DNA of 64,000 nucleotides from Bacillota bacterium (lineage in GTDB: Bacteria > Bacillota > DTU025): positions 1,056,001 to 1,120,000 of the forward strand of contig JBMNJT010000002.1 of the NCBI GenBank assembly GCA_050951805.1, written 5' to 3'. Under the pieces are notes generated by a model. It made no database searches and was not told the origin of the DNA. It saw only the letters and a list, made by a program, of their open reading frames with translations. Positions within the stretch are counted from its first letter, which is position 1, and each line of letters starts with the position of its first letter. The position numbers were made by a program, and so were the translations under genes. Positions 53,054-63,435 of this stretch are shown here, one piece after another.

Positions 53054-53933
53054 TATCGGTCGTATCGTAAGGATTTCTGGCGGGCTGTGTTGGGTGTTGC
53101 CCGACGGTGAACAGGAGACAGTTCCGTGCGTCGCGCGGGGCAATGTGAAGCGGCGCGAAGAGGGTGTAGCGGTCGGAGATCGCGTTAGGATACTGCGGCA
53201 AAACGGCACTGGCGTGGTCGAGGAAGTGTTGCCCCGACGCACATACCTTGTGAGGCCGACCGTGGCCAACGTGGACCAGGCAATAGTCGTTGCGGCAGCT
53301 GCACAGCCCGACCCTAACCCGTATCTTCTGGACAGGCTATTGGTCATATCGGAGTACGCGGGCCTTGATGCGGTGGTTTGCATAAACAAAGCGGATCTTG
53401 TGACGCGAGAAGAGTGCGAATCGTTGCTTCGTCTATACTCGGACATCGGCTACAAAACCATCCTCGCCAGCGCCCGGACCGGCCTTGGGCTAGAGGCTCT
53501 CTCTGCTGCACTTGCCGGAAACACATCGGTCTTTGCCGGACCGTCGGGGGTGGGCAAATCCGCGCTTCTCAATATGGTTCAGCCCGGGCACGACCTTGTC
53601 GAAGGAGAGATAAGCGAGAAGATCGGGCGAGGACGGCATACCACAAGGGAAGTGCGGCTCATTCCGCTCGATGTGGGAGGGTTTGTAGCCGACACTCCTG
53701 GTTTCTCCTCTTTGGACATTACCTCTATTTCGCCTCGCGAGCTTGCCCACGTGTTTCCCGAGATTTCCCGTCTTGCATCGGAATGCAAGTTCGTTGGATG
53801 CCTCCACGACAAGGAGCCGGATTGCGCGGTGAAGGAAGCTGTAGAGCGCGGCGTCGTAGATCCGGGTCGGTACGCACATTACCTCAGTTTCCTGGAAGAG
53901 CTTCGCGAGGCAGAGAAACGGCAGTACAGATAA
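53046..53933 (+). CDS. rsgA: Small-subunit-dependent GTPase RsgA (CpgA)
   Basis: NKAD, GPSGVGKS, GRHTT, DTPG, C-terminal CKF.GC.H..EPDC. Confidence 0.96.
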   Translation: MYDIGRIVRISGGLCWVLPDGEQETVPCVARGNVKRREEGVAVGDRVRILRQNGTGVVEEVLPRRTYLVRPTVANVDQAIVVAAAAQPDPNPYLLDRLLVISEYAGLDAVVCINKADLVTREECESLLRLYSDIGYKTILASARTGLGLEALSAALAGNTSVFAGPSGVGKSALLNMVQPGHDLVEGEISEKIGRGRHTTREVRLIPLDVGGFVADTPGFSSLDITSISPRELAHVFPEISRLASECKFVGCLHDKEPDCAVKEAVERGVVDPGRYAHYLSFLEELREAEKRQYR

Positions 53934-54058
53934 TCGATACACCCTTGATGCATGGGGGCTTCTGGCTCTTTGAGCCGGCGGCGCGCCAGTGTTGCATATC
54001 GCGTTGCAGGGGGGATGGACGCGAGGCGTAAAGCCTGGGGCATGGACGATGAAAGCAG

Positions 54059-54757
54059 GTGTTGGATTTGATAAAGATAGCTCCATCTATTCTTTCCGCT
54101 GATTTTGGAATCCTGGCCGAGGAGATCAGAGGGATAGCCAATGACGCTGATATGATCCACATTGACGTAATGGACGGTAGTTTTGTGCCAAACATCACAC
54201 TTGGACAGCCGGTCGTAAGGCGTATCCGACAGGCTACAGATCTTCCTTTCGACGTGCACCTCATGATCGTCAATCCCGAAGAACACATAGATTCGTTTGC
54301 AGATGCTGGCGCAGATGCGATAACTGTTCATGCAGAGGCTTCTCGCCACCTCCATCGCACTTTGGAAGGGATAAGGCAGAGAGGCGTCAGGGCGGGTGTG
54401 GCCCTCAATCCCGCTACGCCTGTCTGCGCCATAGAGCATGTCTTGCACATGGTGGACATGGTGCTCGTCATGACTGTGAACCCAGGTTTTGGGGGCCAGA
54501 GCATGATAGTTGAGGCTCTAAACAAGGTGGAGGCCATAGCGGCACTGGCTCGCAGGAATGGCTTGAGCTTCGATATCGAGGTTGATGGGGGAATAAATGA
54601 CGAGACTATAGGTGCTGCCGCCCGGGCTGGGGCGAACGTCTTTGTTGCGGGCAGCTATGTATTTGGCGCCGAGAATCCTCGGGAGGCCATCGGTGTCCTC
54701 CGGGCGGCAGCCATTGCGGCGGCGGAAAGCTCGCAAAGAGCCCAGCAGATGATCTGA
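54059..54757 (+). CDS. rpe: Ribulose-phosphate 3-epimerase
   Basis: IAPSILSADF, HIDVMDG, MTVNPGFGGQ, EVDGG. Confidence 0.97.
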   Translation: MLDLIKIAPSILSADFGILAEEIRGIANDADMIHIDVMDGSFVPNITLGQPVVRRIRQATDLPFDVHLMIVNPEEHIDSFADAGADAITVHAEASRHLHRTLEGIRQRGVRAGVALNPATPVCAIEHVLHMVDMVLVMTVNPGFGGQSMIVEALNKVEAIAALARRNGLSFDIEVDGGINDETIGAAARAGANVFVAGSYVFGAENPREAIGVLRAAAIAAAESSQRAQQMI

Positions 54758-54910
54758 TTGCTTGAAGAGCGGCTAATTTCGCTGTACCTGCTTGCGCCCC
54801 TCTGTAGATGTACGGAGGGGTTTCCACGTACTTACAGAGATATTGCAAAGAGTGTATGTTATAATCATCCGTGCAGCTAAAAGGCCATATGCCAGAAAGG
54901 AGGCGGGGCC

Positions 54911-55513
54911 TTGAAGTTACCGGACATAAATATCAAAGTAGTGCTGGCAAGCGTGGCGGTGGCCGCGGTTCTTCTTTTTGGAGGGCGAGAAGTGTTTCTC
55001 AGGACCTCTGTTGCAATGCCAATGGATAGGGCTTTCGCTTCTATGTCCGAGATCGAATCGTATTCATTTGAGCGTTCGGCTTATGGCGCAGTAGTGGAAG
55101 TGAAGCTTGGCAACGTGGACGACCTTTCAGAGACTGTGAGGAAAGTAGAAGCGGCCGTAGCGAAGCTGCCTGCCGACGGCAGACTATGGGTGAGGATATC
55201 GGACACGCGTGACGTGCTTTTGCAGGATGTGTACTACAGAATGCACTTCGACATAGAGGAAGCGATAGCCACTGGATCTTTCTCGGACCTAAAGAGGCGT
55301 GCTGACGAGAAGGCCTGGCAGGCCGGGCTCTCAGGTTGTGTTGTTCAAGTGGATGCAGACAATGTTTATGTCAGCCTTGAAAACGGCGAGCACCGGCTTT
55401 ACGCAGTTGTATCGCGTGCGTCTGGAGCAGTCCAGGGCGGAACGGTTGTCCGATCCGACGCAAGATGGCTCTCTACCTGTTCGCCCCGGGGAAAGGCAGG
55501 CGTGGGCAGATGA
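54911..55513 (+). CDS. Hypothetical membrane-anchored protein
   Basis: Strong SD AGGAGG; single N-terminal hydrophobic helix; overlaps next gene (ATGA). Confidence 0.75.
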   Translation: MKLPDINIKVVLASVAVAAVLLFGGREVFLRTSVAMPMDRAFASMSEIESYSFERSAYGAVVEVKLGNVDDLSETVRKVEAAVAKLPADGRLWVRISDTRDVLLQDVYYRMHFDIEEAIATGSFSDLKRRADEKAWQAGLSGCVVQVDADNVYVSLENGEHRLYAVVSRASGAVQGGTVVRSDARWLSTCSPRGKAGVGR

Positions 55514-57000
55514 TAAGAGATGTGTTGATAGGCACAGGCATCGCTGCCTTCCTGTTCTGTATCGTGTATGGGTACGATGTGACCCCTATCATCTTTGCGG
55601 GCGGTCTATACGCTGCATTTGAGTTGATGATGTCAGGGCGGGTTGGCGATCGCAAGTTCGAGGTCATTCAAGAGGCAGAATCTGGCGGCAGGGTATCCAA
55701 GCTTACTTTTGGAGATGTTGGAGGTCAGGAGACTGCCAAACGAGAGCTAGTCGAAGCCCTAGAGTTCATAAACAACGAAGAAAAGGCGGTCAAGCTTGGC
55801 ATCAGACCCCTCAGAGGCATTTTGCTAAGCGGTCCTCCTGGAACCGGCAAGACGCTCCTGGCGAAAGCCGCGGCCAACTACACAGACGCCGTGTTCATTT
55901 CAGTGGCCGGGTCTGACTTCATAGAGATGTACGCAGGAGTTGGAGCCAAGCGCGTCCGGGATCTGTTTGGAACCGCGCGCTCCACTGCGCGTGCGTGCAA
56001 GAAGAAGACAGCAGTGATATTCATAGACGAAATAGATGTCTTAGGCGGAGTACGCGGCACGCATCAGGGGCACCTTGAGTATGATCAAACCCTCAACCAG
56101 CTCCTTGTAGAGATGGACGGGCTGACATCTGCTTCCCGCGAGGGTGTACGGGTCCTGGTGATCGGAGCGACAAACCGGGCGGACCTTCTCGATCCAGCGC
56201 TTCTTAGACCTGGGAGATTCGACCGCTTGGTAGATGTGGACCTCCCTGATAGGGAAGGAAGACGCCATATTCTGGAGATACACACCAGGCACAAGCCGCT
56301 CGCTGAGGATGTCGACATTGACAAGGTGGCTGCGGAGACTTACGGATTCTCCGGGGCTCACCTCGAAAGCTTGACCAATGAAGCGGCGATCATGGCGCTC
56401 AGGGCCGGGCGGGTCCGGATCACAATGAATGACTTTTCTGAAGCGATGGAAAAAGTGATCATGGGGGAAAGGATAGAGCGAAAGCCGGATGAGGAAGAGC
56501 TCCGGCGCGTCGCAGTCCACGAGCTTGGCCATGCTGTCGTGAGCGAGCTGCTCAAGCCAGGGTCAGTGGCGGCTGTAACAGTGTCCTCGCGCGGGAAAGC
56601 TCTGGGATACGTGAGACATGCTCCGAGGTCTGATAAATATATCGAAACAGCGGCAGAGCTCGAAGCCAGAATCAGCGTGCTTCTTGCCGGGGCGATGGCG
56701 GAAGAGCTGATTCTGGGGGAGCGAAGCACTGGGGCGTCACAAGACATCCAACAAGCGGTGGAAACTGCAAGGAAGATTGTTAACTGTGGCCTGTCGGATC
56801 TGGGGATCATAAGCGAGGAGGACATCCCTCGAGACCAATATCATACGGCCGTGACCAGGCTTGTTCAGGCTCAGGAGGAACGGGCAAAGTCGTTGCTCGT
56901 CCCCAATGCGGAATTTATCAGAAAGACTGCAGGCGAACTCATGTCAGTGGAGAAAATGAATGGGGATACTTTCAGGGCTGAGCTCTCGCAGACGGCCTGA
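55510..57000 (+). CDS. Short FtsH-like AAA+ zinc metalloprotease
   Basis: GPPGTGKT, FIDEID, LDPALLRPGRFDR, HELGH; very short N-terminal membrane region. Confidence 0.88.
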   Translation: MIRDVLIGTGIAAFLFCIVYGYDVTPIIFAGGLYAAFELMMSGRVGDRKFEVIQEAESGGRVSKLTFGDVGGQETAKRELVEALEFINNEEKAVKLGIRPLRGILLSGPPGTGKTLLAKAAANYTDAVFISVAGSDFIEMYAGVGAKRVRDLFGTARSTARACKKKTAVIFIDEIDVLGGVRGTHQGHLEYDQTLNQLLVEMDGLTSASREGVRVLVIGATNRADLLDPALLRPGRFDRLVDVDLPDREGRRHILEIHTRHKPLAEDVDIDKVAAETYGFSGAHLESLTNEAAIMALRAGRVRITMNDFSEAMEKVIMGERIERKPDEEELRRVAVHELGHAVVSELLKPGSVAAVTVSSRGKALGYVRHAPRSDKYIETAAELEARISVLLAGAMAEELILGERSTGASQDIQQAVETARKIVNCGLSDLGIISEEDIPRDQYHTAVTRLVQAQEERAKSLLVPNAEFIRKTAGELMSVEKMNGDTFRAELSQTA

Positions 57001-57078
57001 TTGGGGTGGCACGAATCCGCTTTCGGCCGTCTCTGTCAGGCCGACAGCGGTGTGCTCGGACCTGTCGGAGGGTTTTGC

Positions 57079-58347
57079 ATGAAAGCGGAGATCATATCCG
57101 TCGGAACGGAATTACTCTTGGGCCAGACGGTGGACACCAACGCTGCGCATATCGCGAGATCGCTTGCCGGGTTGGGGTTCTCCCTATACAGAAAAACGAC
57201 TGTCGGCGATAATAGGGCGAGGCTCGCCACTGTGGTTCGCGAAGCGCTTGAGCGGGCTGATGTGGTGATCACTAGCGGTGGACTCGGACCCACCGAAGAC
57301 GACCTGACAAAGGAGACCGTTGCTGAGGTCCTCGGAATCCATCTCGTGGAGAGTCCCGAGGTCCTTTCGGATATCGAAGGGTTCTTTGCCTCCCGCGGTA
57401 CTCGCATGACAGCGAATAACAGGAAGCAAGCACTCGTGCCCGAGCCTAGCTCGGGCACGTTCTTTCGCAATGCGGTGGGCACAGCGCCAGCAGTGGTGTT
57501 CGAATCGGGAAAGAAGAGGGTCATCTGTCTTCCGGGGGTTCCTCGCGAGATGGCCTATCTCATCAACTCTGGCGTCGAGCCGTATCTCCGCGCCTATTTA
57601 ACGCGAAACGGCGCTGGTGAAGTCATCGTTTCCAGGATAATTCGAACCATAGGCATTGGCGAGGCTTCCCTGGAAGAACGTATACTCGATCTTGCTTGCG
57701 AGGGAGTTAACCCCACAGTAGCCATATATGCGAGCGAGGGAGAATGTCAGATCAGAGTCACGGCATGCGCCAGAGAAGAGAAGGAAGCTTGGATGTTAAT
57801 TGAGCCAGTAGAGAGGGAACTCGAGGCTAGGCTGGGCAGGTCCATATATGGGTACGACGACGACACCCTCGAAGTAGTTGTCGCCAGGCGCCTCATATCT
57901 GCTGGCGCAAGGCTTTCGGTCGCTGAGTCGTGCACTGGAGGACTCATATGCGGGATGCTTACAGGTGTGCCCGGATCTTCATCCTTTCTGGAGAGGGGAA
58001 TCGTGACATACAGCAACTCGGCGAAGAGAGATGAGCTTGGAGTGGACGAATCGACATTGCGCGTCCATGGTGCCGTAAGCCGTGAGACGGCTGTGGAAAT
58101 GGCGTGTGGGGTGGTTCGGACGGCACGGGCGGACCTCGGCCTTTCAGTAACGGGGATAGCAGGCCCCGGTGGCGGGAGCGCCGACAAGCCTGTGGGCCTT
58201 GTCTACTTCTGCCTGGCAGACACTGAGAAGACCTCTGTCATTACTGCTCGAATGATGTTCGGTGGTGACCGGCGTTCTGTGAGGACGCGAGCGTGCAAGT
58301 TCGGCCTCGATTTGCTCAGGAGGCATCTTGAGGATGCTTGGACATAG
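57079..58347 (+). CDS. cinA: Competence/damage-inducible protein CinA (NMN deamidase)
   Basis: GTELLLG..DTN, GGLGPTEDDLT, AESCTGG, TGIAGPGG. Confidence 0.95.
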   Translation: MKAEIISVGTELLLGQTVDTNAAHIARSLAGLGFSLYRKTTVGDNRARLATVVREALERADVVITSGGLGPTEDDLTKETVAEVLGIHLVESPEVLSDIEGFFASRGTRMTANNRKQALVPEPSSGTFFRNAVGTAPAVVFESGKKRVICLPGVPREMAYLINSGVEPYLRAYLTRNGAGEVIVSRIIRTIGIGEASLEERILDLACEGVNPTVAIYASEGECQIRVTACAREEKEAWMLIEPVERELEARLGRSIYGYDDDTLEVVVARRLISAGARLSVAESCTGGLICGMLTGVPGSSSFLERGIVTYSNSAKRDELGVDESTLRVHGAVSRETAVEMACGVVRTARADLGLSVTGIAGPGGGSADKPVGLVYFCLADTEKTSVITARMMFGGDRRSVRTRACKFGLDLLRRHLEDAWT

Positions 58348-58421
58348 GGGCAACGTTCCCGCATCCACAAATCACCCTCTTTTTGCTGGAGAATAGCCCT
58401 TACGGGCGATGACGCGGGTGA

Positions 58422-58446
58422 AGGATTCTCGGCTCTAATCTGGAAT
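58422..58446 (+). promoter_or_regulatory. sigma-H-type promoter of thpR
   Basis: AGGA-17 nt-GAAT. Confidence 0.5.
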
Positions 58447-58471
58447 CTGATACTGCAAAGGGGGGACGGCA

Positions 58472-59038
58472 TTGGATACTGTCCGAACATTCATAGCTGT
58501 GCCCGTAGCGGGCCCTGCAGCCCATTCGGTGGCGGATCTCGTTGACGAGATGCGCAAGGTTGGTGCGTCTGTCAAATGGGTTGAAACACGTAATCTCCAC
58601 TTAACGCTGAAGTTTTTGGGCGACGTGCCGTTGTCGCGCATTCCTGCTCTTGCCGGAGCTGTCAGGAAGGCAGTGGAGGGTGATACCAAGTTCGAAATGA
58701 CGTTGCAGGGAGCGGGGGCTTTTCCCGATGTCACCAGGGCGAGGACTCTGTGGGTAGGAGTTGACCGCGGCGCTCAGCGCCTTGCAGGGCTTGCCGAAGC
58801 CGTTGACCGGGCTACAGTGGATGCTGGATTTGCCCCTGCCGACAAGGCGTTCAGGCCTCACCTTACCATAGGCAGAGCGCGCGAACGCTCTGCGGACGCT
58901 GGTATATCGCGGATCATCTCCAAGAACGCCGACATCTATCTGGGCGCCGTCGATGTCGAGGCTGTCCACATCTATTCGAGCAAGCTTACGCCTTCGGGCC
59001 CCATCTACACGTCCCTGGCCGAAATCCCTCTTGAGTGA
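58472..59038 (+). CDS. thpR: RNA 2',3'-cyclic phosphodiesterase (2H family)
   Basis: RTFIA, two HxT motifs (HLTLKFLG, HLTIGR). Confidence 0.92.
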   Translation: MDTVRTFIAVPVAGPAAHSVADLVDEMRKVGASVKWVETRNLHLTLKFLGDVPLSRIPALAGAVRKAVEGDTKFEMTLQGAGAFPDVTRARTLWVGVDRGAQRLAGLAEAVDRATVDAGFAPADKAFRPHLTIGRARERSADAGISRIISKNADIYLGAVDVEAVHIYSSKLTPSGPIYTSLAEIPLE

Positions 59039-59042
59039 CGAC

Positions 59043-59056
59043 CGAACATATGTGCG
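59043..59056 (+). promoter_or_regulatory. LexA (SOS/Cheo) box upstream of recA
   Basis: CGAACATATGTGCG, one mismatch to CGAAC-N4-GTTCG; TG-N-TATGCT -10 downstream. Confidence 0.7.
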
Positions 59057-59224
59057 GTTATACGTGAAATGTGGTATGCTTTAGATGGGTTGTCCCCGCA
59101 TTGCTCAGAGAGAAATGCAGGACGTCTCTTGATCGTGTCGCTCCTTACACAGGGGCGCAGGTGAAATGAAACGAAATCGAATTAGACGTGCAAATGGGAT
59201 GAAATGCGGAAGGGGCGATGGGAT

Positions 59225-60322
59225 TTGAGCGACAGGGAAAAGGCGCTTGAGGTGGCGCTGACTCAGATTGAAAAGGACTTCGGGAAGGGGTCCATTATGC
59301 GCCTGGGCGAATCCGGTGGAGTGATGCAGGTGGATGCGATTCCGACTGGCGCAATAGCCCTTGACATCGCGTTAGGCGTTGGCGGCATGCCTCGCGGCAG
59401 GGTCGCCGAGATATATGGACCTGAATCATCGGGCAAGACCACTGTCGCGCTCCATGTAATCGCGGAGGCTCAGAAGCTTGGAGGGATCGCTGCATTTATC
59501 GACGCAGAGCATGCTCTCGATGCTACATACGCCAAGCGGCTTGGGGTGGACATCGACAACCTGCTCGTTTCCCAACCGGATACAGGAGAGCAAGCACTGG
59601 AGATTACCGAGGCATTGGTTCGTAGCGGCGCCGTAGACGTTATTGTAGTAGACTCAGTGGCGGCATTGGTGCCGCGATCGGAGATAGAGGGTGAGATGGG
59701 CGATTCCTTCGTCGGGCTGCAGGCGAGGTTGATGTCTCAGGCCTTGCGCAAACTGACCGGGGCAATATCGAAATCGAATACATGCGTGATATTCATCAAT
59801 CAGATCCGTGAAAAAGTGGGGATAATGTACGGCAATCCTGAAGTTACTCCGGGTGGTCGAGCCCTCAAGTTTTACTCGTCCGTACGCCTTGAGATCAGAA
59901 GGGTTGAGTCTCTGAAGCAAGGTTCTGAACAGATCGGAAACCGCACTCGTGGAAAGGTGGTAAAAAACAAAGTGGCGCCGCCTTTCAAGGAAGCGGAGTT
60001 TGACATAATCTACGGCGAAGGGATCTCGAAAGAGGGGTCTCTGCTTGATGTAGGTGAGGCCCAGGGGATCATCATCCGAAGTGGAACATGGTATTCCTAT
60101 GGCGATCTCAGGCTTGGGCAGGGAAAAGAGAATTGTAGGCAGTTTCTCAAGTCTAACCCGGAACTGGCGGCAGAAATAGAGGTCAAGGTGAGGGAGAGTG
60201 TTGGGCTTCCCCTTGCGGGGTCACCCGCGTCCGGCAGCGGGGCGGCTTCTGACGCCAAAGATGGCGGCAAGGACGCTGATGGCAGCGGCAAGAAGGACGG
60301 ACAGAGGAAATCAAAAAGTTGA
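59225..60322 (+). CDS. recA: Recombinase RecA
   Basis: [36 protein letters not shown]; start TTG 59225 or ATG 59204. Confidence 0.98.
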   Translation: MSDREKALEVALTQIEKDFGKGSIMRLGESGGVMQVDAIPTGAIALDIALGVGGMPRGRVAEIYGPESSGKTTVALHVIAEAQKLGGIAAFIDAEHALDATYAKRLGVDIDNLLVSQPDTGEQALEITEALVRSGAVDVIVVDSVAALVPRSEIEGEMGDSFVGLQARLMSQALRKLTGAISKSNTCVIFINQIREKVGIMYGNPEVTPGGRALKFYSSVRLEIRRVESLKQGSEQIGNRTRGKVVKNKVAPPFKEAEFDIIYGEGISKEGSLLDVGEAQGIIIRSGTWYSYGDLRLGQGKENCRQFLKSNPELAAEIEVKVRESVGLPLAGSPASGSGAASDAKDGGKDADGSGKKDGQRKSKS

Positions 60323-60939
60323 TGAACGGGGGCAGTGGGCGGCTGGATCTTCCAGGCGTCTCCGGGCAATCTGGCAAGCCAGGAGACGAACACTCCCCGG
60401 TCGCGAGATCATCCGGCCAGTCTTTGCCTTGGCATTCGGATTCCGACGTGAACGCGTCTTGCAGTCGCGCTCATAGCGACGCCCGGGCCCAAGCGTACAA
60501 GATCCTGTCAGTGCGCGCTCGCACAGAGAAGGAGCTGCGAGATGCCCTTTCTAAGAAGGGCCACGATTCCGCAGTCGTCGACGACATAGTTGGAGAGATG
60601 ATCCGTTGCGGGTACATCGATGATGTTGACGCGGCCCACCGGTGGGCCGCGATGTGCGTCGACGAGAGGCGCCATGGGGCGAAAGGGATCGCTATGCGGT
60701 TGGTGCGCCGGGGAATAGACCCCGATTTGGCTGATGAGGCTGCACGATCGGCATATTCAGCTGCAGGGCTTGAGGAGTTTGAAGTAGCTTTGGAGCTGGC
60801 CGAAAAGCGCGTAAAAGATGACGATCTGTGCGATGATAAGGCTCGCTTGCGTTCACAGAGACGTGTAGCCGGATTTCTTGCCCGCCGAGGATTTCGATCC
60901 GATACCATTGCGCGCGTTGTGCGCGAGCTATTTCGTTGA
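60319..60939 (+). CDS. recX: Regulatory protein RecX
   Basis: [23 protein letters not shown]; follows recA. Confidence 0.88.
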   Translation: MMNGGSGRLDLPGVSGQSGKPGDEHSPVARSSGQSLPWHSDSDVNASCSRAHSDARAQAYKILSVRARTEKELRDALSKKGHDSAVVDDIVGEMIRCGYIDDVDAAHRWAAMCVDERRHGAKGIAMRLVRRGIDPDLADEAARSAYSAAGLEEFEVALELAEKRVKDDDLCDDKARLRSQRRVAGFLARRGFRSDTIARVVRELFR

Positions 60940-60950
60940 TGGCATCTAGC

Positions 60951-60980
60951 TTGACATTAGCTGCAAACTACATATAGAAT
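60951..60980 (+). promoter_or_regulatory. sigma-A promoter of rny
   Basis: TTGACA-18 nt-TAGAAT. Confidence 0.65.
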
Positions 60981-61153
60981 CATCGTTGGAGCCGGATGCT
61001 CAAGTTTGGTGCTCCGGAACTGCATCGCCGCAGGCGTGCTGTTCTTGCCGCCGCCTGTTTGAAGCCGAGTTACCGCTCGGCTTCAGCTATAATGCGTGAT
61101 TAGACCGACAATTCAACAATAGTCATTGGTTTGGTAAAGGGGGGTGGATTAGC

Positions 61154-62695
61154 ATTAGCCCATTTATTCAGGCATTAATTTATGTAGCTGTAGTGGCTCT
61201 CTCCGCTTATCTGGGATACCTTGCGCGAAAGAAGATTGCCGAGGCCAAAATCTCGGTTGCGGAGGATGCTGCAAAGAACATAATTGAAGAGGCTGAGAGG
61301 GAAGCCGAAGCCAAGAAGCGCGAGGCTGTTATCGAAGCCAAAGAAGAAGTACATCGAATGCGGAGCGAGTTCGATCGCGAATGCCGTGACAGACGCAACG
61401 AACTCCAACGTGTGGAGAGGCGTATACTTCAGAAAGAGGAGTCGCTCGACAGGAAGTCCGATCAACTAGAGAGAAAAGAAAGCCAGATCGATCGGCGTGA
61501 AAAAGAAATAGACAGAACTCAGGCTGAAATAGTGAAGATTCATCAGGAGCAAAGGCAGGAGCTCGAGCGCATCGCCGGCCTAACTACCGACCAAGCTCGT
61601 GAACAGCTCTTACGAGAAGCTGAGGAAGAGATAACTCATGATGTGGCTGTCATGATCAAAGAAGCTGAGTCGCAGGCTCGGGAGGAGGCAGAAAGGCGCG
61701 CCCGGGAGATCGTTACACAGGCGATACAGAGGTGCGCGGCGGATCAGGTTGCAGAAGGCGCCGTGTCCGTAGTCGCTCTTCCCAACGACGAGATGAAGGG
61801 ACGCATAATAGGTCGTGAGGGAAGGAATATTCGGGCACTTGAAACCCTGACAGGGATCGATCTTATCATTGACGATACTCCTGAGGCGGTCATATTGTCC
61901 GGGTTTGACCCGGTGAGGCGCGAGGTCGCCCGTATTGCCCTTGAAAAACTGATTCAGGATGGCCGAATTCATCCTGCCCGCATTGAAGAGATGGTGGAGC
62001 GTGCACAGAAGGAAGTGGACGCCGTTATTCGGGAGGAAGGGGAACGCGCAACTTTTGAGGTTGGAGTTCATAGCATCCATCCTGAATTGGTCAGGCTTTT
62101 GGGCAGGCTCAAATACCGAACGAGCTATGGGCAAAATGTCCTGCAACACTCTATAGAGGTTTCGCATCTTGCAGGGATAATGGCTTCGGAGATCGGAGCC
62201 GACGTCGCCATGGCGAAGCGTGCAGGATTGCTTCATGATATAGGGAAGGCTACTGACCACGAGATGGAAGGGCCTCATGTTACTATTGGTGCAGATCTGG
62301 CGCGAAAATACCGTGAATCCCCGGCGGTGGTCAATGCCATTGCGGCACACCATGGGGATGAGGAACCGCAGACGATCGAGGCGGTACTCGTTCAGGCGGC
62401 TGATGCTGTCTCGGCTGCGCGCCCGGGCGCGCGGCGGGAAACTCTTGAGGCATATATCAAACGCCTTGAGAAGTTGGAACAAATTGCTGACTCGTTCGAA
62501 GGAGTCGACAAGGCATATGCGATACAGGCTGGTCGGGAAATAAGAATCATGGTCAAGCCCGACAAGATAGATGATCTTGCATCCGTTAAGCTGGCACGGG
62601 ATATTGTGAAAAAGATCGAACAGGAACTGGAGTATCCCGGCCAGATTAAGGTGACAGTAATACGCGAAACAAGATCGGTCGATTACGCCAAGTAA
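61154..62695 (+). CDS. rny: Ribonuclease Y (probable ATT start)
   Basis: N-terminal TM, coiled coil, KH ([13 protein letters not shown]), HD (LLHDIGK). Confidence 0.95.
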   Translation: MSPFIQALIYVAVVALSAYLGYLARKKIAEAKISVAEDAAKNIIEEAEREAEAKKREAVIEAKEEVHRMRSEFDRECRDRRNELQRVERRILQKEESLDRKSDQLERKESQIDRREKEIDRTQAEIVKIHQEQRQELERIAGLTTDQAREQLLREAEEEITHDVAVMIKEAESQAREEAERRAREIVTQAIQRCAADQVAEGAVSVVALPNDEMKGRIIGREGRNIRALETLTGIDLIIDDTPEAVILSGFDPVRREVARIALEKLIQDGRIHPARIEEMVERAQKEVDAVIREEGERATFEVGVHSIHPELVRLLGRLKYRTSYGQNVLQHSIEVSHLAGIMASEIGADVAMAKRAGLLHDIGKATDHEMEGPHVTIGADLARKYRESPAVVNAIAAHHGDEEPQTIEAVLVQAADAVSAARPGARRETLEAYIKRLEKLEQIADSFEGVDKAYAIQAGREIRIMVKPDKIDDLASVKLARDIVKKIEQELEYPGQIKVTVIRETRSVDYAK

Positions 62696-62735
62696 TTGTG
62701 GGCTATCGAAGTCCGGTACGCGTAAGATGGTCAGC

Positions 62736-62760
62736 AGGAATCGCTTCTGTGAAAGAGAAG
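62736..62760 (+). promoter_or_regulatory. sigma-H-type promoter
   Basis: GCAGGA-17 nt-GAAG. Confidence 0.4.
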
Positions 62761-62780
62761 TTCGTTACAGGAGCGGAGAG

Positions 62781-63332
62781 ATGAAGAAGAAGGTGATAGC
62801 GGTGAAAGAGGTGCGAACTAAGGAAATCGATGGATCATCGGCCAGCATTGGACTGCTCGTGTCCATACTCGTCCGGTATCCAGAGGTCTGCACAGTTTCG
62901 TACACGCCAGATGCAAAGATGCTCGGGTTCTCGTTCATGGTGTCGAGGCGCCTTGAAGACGATGAGGTTGAAGGCTTTCGCAGTAGCGTTCTTGACAGCA
63001 TCTCTGTTTACCTGGACCTTCTGAAGTTCGGGGAGACGCCCACGGTAGAGGTGTGCGCCGTATATCTTGGAAGCATCACCCAGATACAGGTGACAAGGGA
63101 CGTTGCAACCCTCACAGGCGATGAGATATCGCTTCTGATTGGGCTCATAATAGATGCTTTCGATGATGATCTCGTAACGGACAGGTCGGAAGACCTCGAA
63201 GAGGAAGAGATGATCGTCCAGGAGGAGTTCATCGCTAATCTCCTTGTTGATTTGAAAGAGACGACTCAAGAGAAGAGGCTAATCGGGTTTCGCGAGGGGG
63301 GCCGTGTAATAGTGTACAATCGGCCCGCGTGA
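62781..63332 (+). CDS. Hypothetical acidic protein between rny and ymdB
   Basis: Open frame with SD GGAG, host-like composition; no motif recognised. Confidence 0.7.
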   Translation: MKKKVIAVKEVRTKEIDGSSASIGLLVSILVRYPEVCTVSYTPDAKMLGFSFMVSRRLEDDEVEGFRSSVLDSISVYLDLLKFGETPTVEVCAVYLGSITQIQVTRDVATLTGDEISLLIGLIIDAFDDDLVTDRSEDLEEEEMIVQEEFIANLLVDLKETTQEKRLIGFREGGRVIVYNRPA

Positions 63333-63365
63333 TCTGGCGGAAACTGAGCCTCTTGAGAATATGTT

Positions 63366-63408
63366 CGAATAAGGCGGGCAGGTTTACAGATGAACCTGCC
63401 CTTATTCG
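63366..63408 (+). other. Long stem-loop upstream of ymdB
   Basis: CGAATAAG..GGCAGGTT/AACCTGCC.CTTATTCG. Confidence 0.5.
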
Positions 63409-63435
63409 TCCTAAAGAAGAAACGGAGGAGTGCCG

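Noticed and set aside
63354-63367. LexA-like half site ATATGTTCG before ymdB
   Set aside because: Left half does not match GAAC
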